A DNA stretch of 36,160 nt, taken from positions 1 through 36,160 of the forward strand of contig JBNJGP010000018.1 of NCBI GenBank assembly GCA_051747805.1. Reading direction: 5' to 3'. Source of the stretch: Candidatus Muiribacteriota bacterium (lineage in GTDB: Bacteria; Muiribacteriota; Muiribacteriia; Muiribacteriales; Muiribacteriaceae). Below are positions 28,404 to 36,160 of the stretch, piece after piece. The notes under the pieces are model-generated. The model saw only the letters and a list, made by a program, of their open reading frames with translations. It was not told where the DNA came from and searched no databases. The translations under genes and the position numbers were made by a program. The first letter of the stretch is position 1. The number at the start of each line of letters is the position of its first letter.

Positions 28404-29287
28404 ACTTTCTCCTTAAAAGTTATCATTTCTTTCAACGCTGCATAGGCTAGTTTATTTAAAACTGGTTTTTTATACGGTGTGGACCATCTCTGACCTACTT
28501 CTTCGAACACATCTTCTGAAATCAATGCTGCTGCCTCTTTAAAAAGCTTATCAGATGGTTCTTTTCCTTCTAAAAAACTTTCAGCCTTGTAAATTCTCCT
28601 AAAATAAGGTAGTACAGCACCCGGAACTATTCTAATATTTTTCATTTTTTTATCTTCTAAATCGCATAATGCACATATTGAAATTCTGGTTATTGAAAGC
28701 GCATTTCTTCTTCCTAATTTTTGATATGAGTAAAGAGGATTATTATCTTTTCTGTAATAAAGTAAAATTGAATAAAGGATTTCATCAGGTTCTATCTGAT
28801 TTTTATACGGTCCTTTTATAAAAGAACTTACTGGTATTTCACGGCAAATACCACCATCTTTTTCAAAATATAAAACAGCCTCATATGCGGTAAGAGCAGG
28901 GAGCGTATCACCACTTGGTGAGGAATTAACTATATTACCTCCAATAGTACCGGTGTTTCTTGTCTGAAGACATCCAACTGAATTGCTTGCGGCTGCAAGT
29001 GCCGGAAAATTTTTTTTAACAAGCGGATGAGAGGAAATCTGTGTGTGTGTGCAACAGGCTCCAATTTCTAAAAAATCTTTGTTTTCATCTGAAATCTGGC
29101 TTAACTCTTTATGCGTAGATATATCTATTACTTTATCCATTTCTGTTCCTAAATTTTTTGAGTTTTTTCTAAGCTCAATTATTAAATCAGTCCCGCCAGC
29201 TATAATTTTACTATTATTTCTGGTTTTTCTTAAAAATTCCAGAGTTTCGCCAAGTTTATTAAATTTAAAAAAATCAAAGTTCTTCAT
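28397..29287 (-). CDS. xdhB: Xanthine dehydrogenase family FAD-binding subunit
   Basis: IAGGTDL, RNTGTIGGNI.NSSPSGD, KLGRRNALSI. Confidence 0.9.
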   Translation of the reverse strand: MKNFDFFKFNKLGETLEFLRKTRNNSKIIAGGTDLIIELRKNSKNLGTEMDKVIDISTHKELSQISDENKDFLEIGACCTHTQISSHPLVKKNFPALAAASNSVGCLQTRNTGTIGGNIVNSSPSGDTLPALTAYEAVLYFEKDGGICREIPVSSFIKGPYKNQIEPDEILYSILLYYRKDNNPLYSYQKLGRRNALSITRISICALCDLEDKKMKNIRIVPGAVLPYFRRIYKAESFLEGKEPSDKLFKEAAALISEDVFEEVGQRWSTPYKKPVLNKLAYAALKEMITFKEKVC

Positions 29288-31572
29288 TTTTCACTTCCTC
29301 TTTTAGATTTTCTTTTAAGCTGTTTTCCAACAACTATTGTTTCAAGATCCAGCGGGATTTTATAAAATCTTTTATTAATCGCATTAAAAACAGCATTGTT
29401 AATTGCTGCCGATATCAGCTCAAGCACAGGTTCACCAAGAGATTTCGCCCCTTCAGGACCATATTTATCCGGGTTTTCTATTAAAATAGGGGTTATTTTT
29501 CCAAAATCTTTTACTGTTGGAACAAAATATTCATCAAGGTTTGTATTTTTAATAATTCCGTTTTGAACATCAACTTCTTCAAAAATTGAGTAGCCTATTC
29601 CCTGAACTACTCCGCCATAAACCTGACCTGCAGCCCCTTTTTCGTTAATTACCCTGCCAACATCATGTGCCGCATGTACGTTGTCAACAAAAATTTTACC
29701 TGTATAAGTATCTACTGTAATTTCAGCCACCTCACCGCCATATACATAGGTGAAATAGGCAGGCCCCTGTCCTTTTTCTTCGTCCCAGGAAACATCAGGA
29801 GCATTAAACCAGCCAACTGCCGATAAATTAACTCCTTTTGTGCAGGATATTGCAACAGCCTTTTCAAATGATACTGTTTTTGAGCTTCCTTTTACCTGAT
29901 TATTTTCAAATACTATTTCTTCGGCTGATGAGGCTTCAAGTTCTTTATATACAGCTTCTGCAATCCTATTTTTGATAATTTCTGCGGCATTTTTAACCGC
30001 ACTTCCACCTGTAAGGGTTGAACGGGAAGCTACTGTTGGGCCACCATCGACCATATATCCAGTATCCTGATCAAGATACATGAATTTATCTAATTCTATT
30101 CCAAACTCGCTGGCAGCTATTTTACAGAATGTTGTTTTAAGTCCCTGACCGTTTTCTGCCAGTCCGGCAAGTAAATTAACTGAGCCGTCCGGATGCACAC
30201 ATATATAGGCTCCGGTTGAGTCAGTTCCCTCTGCCCCGAGCGAACAACCTCTGAATGAAGATGATAATCCAATTCCCTTTTTATATCTATCATTGCGTTT
30301 ATTATAATCTTTGAATTCCTTTTTTCTGTTGAAATAATCAGAACTTTTAACAACTTCATCTATAACCTGTTCAAGTGAGACTTTATGATTTAAAAGCTTC
30401 TGACCCGAGGCGGTGATAGACCCCTGTTTATACCCATTTAATTTTCTGAGTTCTACTCCGTCCATATCAAGTGAATGGGCTATTTCATCCATTAAACTTT
30501 CTTGGGCAAAAACTATCTGAGGAGAGCCAAATCCGCGGAAAGCTCCCGTATATGGGTTATTTGTTGCTACACCATAAATATCAGTATGAGCATGTTCTAA
30601 TTCATAAGGACCTGTTGCCTGCACTACTGAGCGCCAGGTAACAAAAGGGGTCATTGAAATATTGGCTCCCGCGTCTGCGTATATTTCAACTTTCATTGCT
30701 TTCAGCTTACCATCATTATTATATCCAACTTTATACTTACAAATATAAGGATGTCTTTTATATGAATCAATTATGGATTCTTCTCTTGAATAAACAATTT
30801 TAACAGGTTTACCTGTATATTTTGCAAGAAGAGCAGCCCTGCATGAAAGAATAGACATAGAATCATCTTTCCCGCCAAAAGAACCCCCGAGATGAGACTG
30901 AATAATTCTAACATTAACCAGAGGAACTCCCATTATTTGGGCAACACTTCTTCTTGTTGAATACGGGTTCTGAATTGAGCCATAAATTTTATATGAATTA
31001 AATTTTTCATCCGGTAAAGCAACAACTGCTTCGGTTTCTATATAGGCATGCTCAACAAATTGAGTTTTGTATTCTCTTTCAATTACGTTATCACAATTTT
31101 TAAATTCTTCCTGTGGATTTCCTTTTCTAAGCGGATAATGAGTTACTATGTTATTATCAAATCCTTCTTTTAATACTGGAGCGTCTTCTTTTAATGCCTC
31201 CTCAATGGTAAATACTCCGTCTAAAACCTCATAATCCACTTCTATCAAGTCTATAGCTTCCTTCGCTTTTTCAGGGTCAGGAGCAGCTACTAATGCAACT
31301 GCGTCTCCGTAATATAAAGCTTTATCATCTGCGAGTGGATAATGGTCTTTTGTAACCACACCAGTTTTTTTGCTTCCTGGAATATCTGAAGATGTAAGCA
31401 CAACAACATCTTTTAAATTTTTTATTTTTTCTGTATTAATTTTTTTTATGCGGGCATAGGGATGTGGACTTCTTTTAACTTTACCATAAATCATACTATC
31501 AAAACGAAGATCACCAGCATATTTTGCCCTTCCTGTTACTTTTTCTATTCCATCTACTCGAATATCTTTCAT
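29284..31572 (-). CDS. xdhA: Xanthine dehydrogenase family molybdopterin-binding subunit
   Basis: RVDGIEKVTG, GGSFGGK, AFRGFGSPQ, GQG, TVASRS, GAKSLGEP. The substrate cannot be determined from sequence. Confidence 0.9.
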   Translation of the reverse strand: MKDIRVDGIEKVTGRAKYAGDLRFDSMIYGKVKRSPHPYARIKKINTEKIKNLKDVVVLTSSDIPGSKKTGVVTKDHYPLADDKALYYGDAVALVAAPDPEKAKEAIDLIEVDYEVLDGVFTIEEALKEDAPVLKEGFDNNIVTHYPLRKGNPQEEFKNCDNVIEREYKTQFVEHAYIETEAVVALPDEKFNSYKIYGSIQNPYSTRRSVAQIMGVPLVNVRIIQSHLGGSFGGKDDSMSILSCRAALLAKYTGKPVKIVYSREESIIDSYKRHPYICKYKVGYNNDGKLKAMKVEIYADAGANISMTPFVTWRSVVQATGPYELEHAHTDIYGVATNNPYTGAFRGFGSPQIVFAQESLMDEIAHSLDMDGVELRKLNGYKQGSITASGQKLLNHKVSLEQVIDEVVKSSDYFNRKKEFKDYNKRNDRYKKGIGLSSSFRGCSLGAEGTDSTGAYICVHPDGSVNLLAGLAENGQGLKTTFCKIAASEFGIELDKFMYLDQDTGYMVDGGPTVASRSTLTGGSAVKNAAEIIKNRIAEAVYKELEASSAEEIVFENNQVKGSSKTVSFEKAVAISCTKGVNLSAVGWFNAPDVSWDEEKGQGPAYFTYVYGGEVAEITVDTYTGKIFVDNVHAAHDVGRVINEKGAAGQVYGGVVQGIGYSIFEEVDVQNGIIKNTNLDEYFVPTVKDFGKITPILIENPDKYGPEGAKSLGEPVLELISAAINNAVFNAINKRFYKIPLDLETIVVGKQLKRKSKRGSEK

Positions 31573-31619
31573 TTTTTCTCCTTAATTAAAGGTTTAAGGT
31601 GGTAATTTTTTCAGTAAGA

Positions 31620-31648
31620 ATTATAACTAAATTAATTTGCCGGGTCAA
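31620..31648 (-). promoter_or_regulatory. Sigma70 promoter of the xdh operon
   Basis: TTGACC-N17-TATAAT. Confidence 0.7.
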
Positions 31649-31707
31649 ATTTCAAAACATATTGGCCACAATTCTCATTGAGTATAGCAGATTGCTGGAT
31701 TTAACAG

Positions 31708-31736
31708 TTGATTATAATTAAATTTTACTATATAAT
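31708..31736 (+). promoter_or_regulatory. Sigma70 promoter of the divergent deacetylase-BMP-mocA operon
   Basis: TTGATT-N17-TATAAT. Confidence 0.65.
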
Positions 31737-31764
31737 AAAATCTATATATATTACAGGGGGGTTT

Positions 31765-33219
31765 ATGAAAAAATTTAATTTAATGTTAATTTTTGTTTTA
31801 ATCTTTGTTTTTGTTTCTAATGCCGAGGGTGGGTTTAAAGAAAATGTAAACTTATATACTGAATACTTTGAAACTCTTGATTTCTTTTCTGAAAAAGCTC
31901 TTACACTTGATGATCATACATCTGATGAGTATTTTAAAATTTATTCAGCAGGTCATTATATTAGAGAGAAGGTTGAAAGAATTGAGCACTCTATTTTTGA
32001 GTATATAAATAATAATCCTGTGAATTCTCTCTATACTTTTAAAGAATTAATATCTGAAACCCGCAGAAGTAGTAATCATTTAAATTATTTGAATAAATTT
32101 ATAAATGAAAATCTTGAAATTCTTATTCATAAAGGATATGCAGATAAAGTTAACAACTGGAGCGATTTTATTCTTAAACATACTCCTCAGCGAAGGCAGC
32201 AGATGGCTCCTGTGCCCTCAAATAGAATTCTTGAGGAAATTAACGATGTTTTCAGCGTTGATGAAAGCACTCAGAAAGAAACAAGGCGTGGTAGAGGTAA
32301 TTATGACAAACGTTTTTTCAGAATAACTGGCAATAATTTTCTTGCACAAAGTGATTACTTTTTAAATCCTGGTGAAATTATTCTTACTTTTGATGATGGA
32401 CCAACTAATATCGGGGACCGTACAAGAGATATTACAAACGCACTTATTGATTATAACTTCCCTGGTATTTTCTTTGTCCTAGGTTCTAAAATAAGCAGCA
32501 GCACAAACCATCTGCTTCAAAAGCAAAATCAAATTGGTGATGTTTCTGTTCATGGCTGGAACCATGCTACACCTGCTGGAAAACCTTTTACAACTATGAG
32601 TACGAACGCTGCTTTAAGAGATATTGACCGAAGTTTTAATACAATTAAAAATATTACAGGTGAAAATCCGGGTTTTTTCAGGCCACCATATGGCAGTATA
32701 ACCCCAGTACAGGCTGATAGAATTATTTCTGATTATAATCTTGTTCCTCTTGGCTGGTCTATTGACAGTCAGGACTGGTCCACTAAAAATCCAGAAACGC
32801 TCTATAATAACATGGTTAATATGATTTCTAAAAGAGGTAAAGGAATTTTACTTTTACATGATATTCATGAGCAGACAAGGGTTTCTTTTTTAAGACTAAC
32901 CGGTTGGTTAGAAGAAAACGGGTACACAATTTTAAATCCAGATATACTTGTTGACCAGTTTTTCGGGGATGGTTATAATCCTGAACAAATTAGTAATGAT
33001 AATCCAAATTTAAAATTTGTTACGGCAAATGTTGCAAATATTCGTCAGGCCCCTACTACTGATAGCGAGGTTGTTGCACAGGCTCAAAACAATACAAGAA
33101 TTGAAATTCTTGAAGAAGTTGAGGGAGCTGTAATTAACGGTAACAATTTATGGTACAAGATAAAAATAATTTATTCTGGTAAAACAGGATATATTTTTTC
33201 AACACTGGTTTCGAGGTAG
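31765..33219 (+). CDS. Secreted polysaccharide (peptidoglycan) deacetylase, NodB/CE4 family, with C-terminal SH3b domain
   Basis: TFDDGP, HGWNH, FFRPPYG, DSQDW, LLHD; C-terminal VTANVANIRQAPTT..WYKI..TGYI. Start moved to ATG 31765 behind an AGGGGG RBS. Confidence 0.88.
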   Translation: MKKFNLMLIFVLIFVFVSNAEGGFKENVNLYTEYFETLDFFSEKALTLDDHTSDEYFKIYSAGHYIREKVERIEHSIFEYINNNPVNSLYTFKELISETRRSSNHLNYLNKFINENLEILIHKGYADKVNNWSDFILKHTPQRRQQMAPVPSNRILEEINDVFSVDESTQKETRRGRGNYDKRFFRITGNNFLAQSDYFLNPGEIILTFDDGPTNIGDRTRDITNALIDYNFPGIFFVLGSKISSSTNHLLQKQNQIGDVSVHGWNHATPAGKPFTTMSTNAALRDIDRSFNTIKNITGENPGFFRPPYGSITPVQADRIISDYNLVPLGWSIDSQDWSTKNPETLYNNMVNMISKRGKGILLLHDIHEQTRVSFLRLTGWLEENGYTILNPDILVDQFFGDGYNPEQISNDNPNLKFVTANVANIRQAPTTDSEVVAQAQNNTRIEILEEVEGAVINGNNLWYKIKIIYSGKTGYIFSTLVSR

Positions 33220-33223
33220 TTAA

Positions 33224-34165
33224 ATGAATTATAAAAATATTTTTTTTATTCTGATTATATTTTGTTTGAGTTTAACAGTTCATGCAAATCATACAGAGAT
33301 ATTTGGTGTTATTTTTAATCAGGTTGGCACCGGGGATAATTCTTTTAACAGCAATGTCTATTCAGGTTTTAATGATTTTTTACAGCAGAACCCTGAATTT
33401 TCTAATGTTGTTTATATAGATACCGAAAATAATATTTCCCCGTTTGTTGAAAAAATGGTTGCAAATAATATTAAATCAATTTTTCTTGTCGGCTCTCAAT
33501 ACTCTGCCGAGGCAGAATATTATTCAAATTCAACCAAATATAAAAATATAAACTTTCATGTTATTGACGGCTCTGACAAAAAAAATAGAAATTATAATGT
33601 ACTGGCTTTTGATGAATTTTTTATGAGTTTTAAAGCAGGTGTATGTGCTGCTGTTGATTTTGACAGTATTGCTTTTATTGGGCTTGCCAATATACCGGCT
33701 GTTGGTAGGTTCATGAGAGGTTTTGAGGCTGGAATACGCTCTGTTAGACCTAATTTTCAAAACTATGATATTGTTAACCTTGATTTTAATAAACATTCAA
33801 GAGAAGAAGCCTTTAATATTGCTAAAAAGATGTATTCCAATTATGATATTATTTTTACCGTTGCCGGCTTTTATAATCAGGCTGTTGAAAGAGCCGCTGT
33901 TATGGCCGGGAAAAAAGTTATCACAACTGATAAACCTCTGCATTATTTCAACAATAATCGGGCAATTTACGGCTCTGTTGTAAAGTATATTGATAAAGCA
34001 GTAACCAAGTATGCCAAGAGAAATCTAAGAGGGTTAAAAAGTCGCGATATGGTTGAAGGTTATAAGTCCCCTTATCTTTTTTGGGAAGAAAGTTCCAACG
34101 TTTCGCTTCAGGCTCAATTAAGTTCAAGGATTGAATTTCTGAATTTTTTCAGACTTTTAAAATGA
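33224..34165 (+). CDS. BMP/PnrA-family substrate-binding protein
   Basis: GDNSFNSNVYSG, FHVIDG, SFKAG, GFEAG, DIIFTVAG, SVVKYID. Confidence 0.75.
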   Translation: MNYKNIFFILIIFCLSLTVHANHTEIFGVIFNQVGTGDNSFNSNVYSGFNDFLQQNPEFSNVVYIDTENNISPFVEKMVANNIKSIFLVGSQYSAEAEYYSNSTKYKNINFHVIDGSDKKNRNYNVLAFDEFFMSFKAGVCAAVDFDSIAFIGLANIPAVGRFMRGFEAGIRSVRPNFQNYDIVNLDFNKHSREEAFNIAKKMYSNYDIIFTVAGFYNQAVERAAVMAGKKVITTDKPLHYFNNNRAIYGSVVKYIDKAVTKYAKRNLRGLKSRDMVEGYKSPYLFWEESSNVSLQAQLSSRIEFLNFFRLLK

Positions 34166-34740
34166 AAATTATTTCTTTAATAACAGCTGCCGGTTTTTCA
34201 AGAAGATTTGGAAGCTTTAAACCACTTGCTCTCTATAAAAATAAAAGTTTTATTGAAAATATTATTTACAAAGTATCCCCTTTTTCCCATAAAATTTATG
34301 TTGTAGGTGGATTTAAAGGTGATTTATTAAAAAAGCATTTAAACTCATTAAAAAACAACAAGGTTGAGTTTGTTTTTAACAGGGGGTTTTCTTATGGTAT
34401 GTTTTCTTCAATTAAATGCGGAATGGTTAAAATATTTGACGACCTGAAGAATTCTGAGTTTTTAATTTTATATCAGCCTGTTGATATTCCTCATATAAAA
34501 AAAAATACATATAAAAATCTGGTTGATTTCAGCATAAATTCAAATAAAGATTTTATTAAACCCTCTTTTAATATGCGAGGTGGCCATCCAGTTATTTTAA
34601 AAAATATATTAAAACTTAAAAATGAACTATTAAATAATCCGGCAACACTTAAAGATGTATTAAAAAAAATGAAAGTTGATTTTTATACAACTGAGGACTC
34701 ATCGGTTATTGAAGACTTTGATTTCCCATTTAAAATTTGA
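34162..34740 (+). CDS. mocA: Molybdenum cofactor cytidylyltransferase (MocA/YgfJ-like)
   Basis: AAGFSRRFG..KPL, GMFSSIKCG, PVDIP, GGHPV, D.D.P; adjacent to an xdh operon. Confidence 0.8.
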   Translation: MKIISLITAAGFSRRFGSFKPLALYKNKSFIENIIYKVSPFSHKIYVVGGFKGDLLKKHLNSLKNNKVEFVFNRGFSYGMFSSIKCGMVKIFDDLKNSEFLILYQPVDIPHIKKNTYKNLVDFSINSNKDFIKPSFNMRGGHPVILKNILKLKNELLNNPATLKDVLKKMKVDFYTTEDSSVIEDFDFPFKI

Positions 34741-35765
34741 GGATATTTTTCAATTGTTTCCCTTATAAGCTGAGTTTTATTTGCTTTTTTAAAAAACAAA
34801 AGAGCTTTTTTTAAATACGGTGTGTATATTTGCCTGAAATTTTTTATATAAATCTCATCTTCTGTTTTAGACAGGAGATAATCAAATTGTGAAATCATTT
34901 TCTTAAAATATTTTAATGCTTTATCGTTCTTTTCAAGATGATTAAAAGAGTCGGCTGCAATAAGATAGAATTTAAAAAAATACTCATCGTGAGTTTTTTT
35001 TACCTTGAATTTATCTAGAGCCTCATTAAATATTTTTATTACGTTTTCATATTGATTTTTATTATAATTTAAAAATGCTTCTATTAAGTATTTTTCCGGA
35101 GTTTTATCATTAATTTTTTTTAAAATCTTTTCTATTTCATTATACTCACCAGTATTTATATATACAAAACAGATTTTTGAAATTAAATGATTATAAAAGT
35201 CATCTCTGGACAAATCTTTAAGAAGAGAAACTGCCTCTTTTATTAACTTTTTAGCTTTTTCAATATTACTGTAGGAAAAAATATATGCCCATGCAACTTT
35301 AAAATATGCTTTCATATCCGGATTATCAGTCATTGCATACTCTAATTTATTTAATAATTTTGAGCTTTTTTCAAAATCTTTTAAATAAAAAGTCAGCAGT
35401 TCTATTTTCTGAAAATAAATTTTCCCCAGTATAGAATAGTTATTATGAAAAAGGCTTTTATCAAGAGCAGCATCAAGCTCTGTGCAGGCTTTTTCATATT
35501 CTTCCTGATAAATATGAAGCAGATGTTTACGTATATGATAATAGTTAATAAAATCGAGGTTATTTTCTTTTAGGGCAAATTCTTTAAATTTTTGGAGTTT
35601 TTTTTCATATTCTTTAATATTTTCACTTTTTGAAGCAAGAAGCATTTCCGTAAGTTCCTGTATTCCTTTTTCATTATAGGTTTCAGGTTTTTTACTTATT
35701 TCTTTTAATTTCTGAAAATCTTTTTGTTCAAAAAAGCTAATAATCTGTCTAAATTGTTCTGTCAT
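34683..35765 (-). CDS. TPR-like helical repeat protein
   Basis: Long ORF with repeated helical A/Y/L patterns (EKAKKLIKEA, DKALKYFKK). Confidence 0.65.
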   Translation of the reverse strand: MTEQFRQIISFFEQKDFQKLKEISKKPETYNEKGIQELTEMLLASKSENIKEYEKKLQKFKEFALKENNLDFINYYHIRKHLLHIYQEEYEKACTELDAALDKSLFHNNYSILGKIYFQKIELLTFYLKDFEKSSKLLNKLEYAMTDNPDMKAYFKVAWAYIFSYSNIEKAKKLIKEAVSLLKDLSRDDFYNHLISKICFVYINTGEYNEIEKILKKINDKTPEKYLIEAFLNYNKNQYENVIKIFNEALDKFKVKKTHDEYFFKFYLIAADSFNHLEKNDKALKYFKKMISQFDYLLSKTEDEIYIKNFRQIYTPYLKKALLFFKKANKTQLIRETIEKYPQILNGKSKSSITDESSVV

Positions 35766-35771
35766 ATTATT

Positions 35772-35800
35772 ATTTTATTAAATAAATTGCTATTTTACAA
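35772..35800 (-). promoter_or_regulatory. Sigma70-like promoter, probably leaderless
   Basis: TTGTAA-N17-TAAAAT, then 6 nt to ATG 35765; no SD. Confidence 0.45.
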
Positions 35801-35820
35801 TTTATGATAAATAATAACCT

Positions 35821-35943
35821 GTAGACAGCAGATAGGAGCCGTGAGAGGTGAGAGGTGAGAAGTAAGAAGTGAGACGATAGGAGCCGTGAGAAGTGAGAGG
35901 TGAGACGATAGGAGCAGACAAAAGCCGATAGAAGCGGTGACCG
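35821..35943 (+). repeat. Heptamer/decamer intergenic repeat element, copy 2 (expanded)
   Basis: Arrays of GTGAGAG/GTGAGAA/GTAAGAA/GTGAGAC punctuated by GATAGGAGCC-like decamers. Confidence 0.88.
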
Positions 35944-35981
35944 CAAAAGCAATTATAAATTAGAATAGAGATAGTTTTAGC

Positions 35982-36026
35982 TGTCATCCCTGCGAAGGCA
36001 GGGAACCATACATGACCGGGGTGACA
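35982..36026. repeat. REP-like palindrome (GTCAT.CC.GCGAAGGC.GG type) with truncated partner arm
   Basis: TGTCATCCCTGC-gaag-GCAGGGAACCA hairpin, then GGGGTGACA, which is an 8/9 match to the reverse complement of TGTCATCCC. Confidence 0.65.
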
Positions 36027-36160
36027 TCAAAATCATGCAAATTATTCACAGAAACATTAAAGTTAAAATTTATTACGAAATAAAATAAAACGAGTGGTCA
36101 GGCCGACATAAAAGTAAAAAGCTTTCAGCTTAGTAAAATCACCTAAAGGTGATAGTAAAG

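Noticed and set aside
24407..31572. Selenocysteine recoding in ygfK or xdh
   Set aside because: All of these ORFs are full-length with no in-frame TGA.
5571..31764. Upstream ORF-track starts at 5627, 16147 and 31708
   Set aside because: Downstream ATGs (5570, 16102, 31765) have RBSs. For 16147 and 31708 the extension also overlaps a predicted promoter and precedes a signal peptide.
1753..33983. Short ORFs of 60-124 aa antisense to or nested in long genes (e.g. 1753..1965, 3602..3898, 17412..17786, 27912..28142, 33530..33796)
   Set aside because: These are shadow ORFs of well-supported genes and have no motifs of their own.
35821..35943. CRISPR array
   Set aside because: Units are 7-10 nt with no unique spacers, and there are no cas genes.
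35770..35987. Two short ORFs (60 and 61 aa)
   Set aside because: They are translations of the heptamer repeat (LTSH/SRLL periodicity), have no RBS, and overlap a predicted promoter.

Overview
A low-GC (roughly 30% by eye) chromosomal segment from a diderm bacterium; the sequence alone does not identify the taxon. From left to right it holds: a truncated FN3 lipoprotein gene; the prfA-prmC operon split by a RAYT-like HUH (Y1) nuclease gene bracketed by perfect 27-bp inverted repeats, with a third degenerate repeat copy downstream of prmC; a PLP-fold/GNAT fusion lacking the Schiff-base lysine; two cell-surface operons (outer-membrane beta-barrel plus giant Ig-repeat lipoprotein; inactive plus active zinc-peptidase pair plus TPR lipoprotein) behind matching sigma28-like, apparently leaderless promoters; ThiF, ROK and hybrid-kinase genes; a heterodimeric ABC exporter; a purine-catabolism neighbourhood (ygfK, xdhABC-like, BMP-family binding protein, mocA); a polysaccharide deacetylase; and a TPR gene. 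The main observation is a polar, strand-specific synonymous skew towards G/T in host DNA running 3' of each GACCTGACCCC-type repeat end, with clear decay over distance in prfA. It looks like a local single-strand deamination footprint (A->G, C->T) tied to the RAYT repeats. No rRNA, tRNA or CRISPR array was seen. All codon counts were done by hand.
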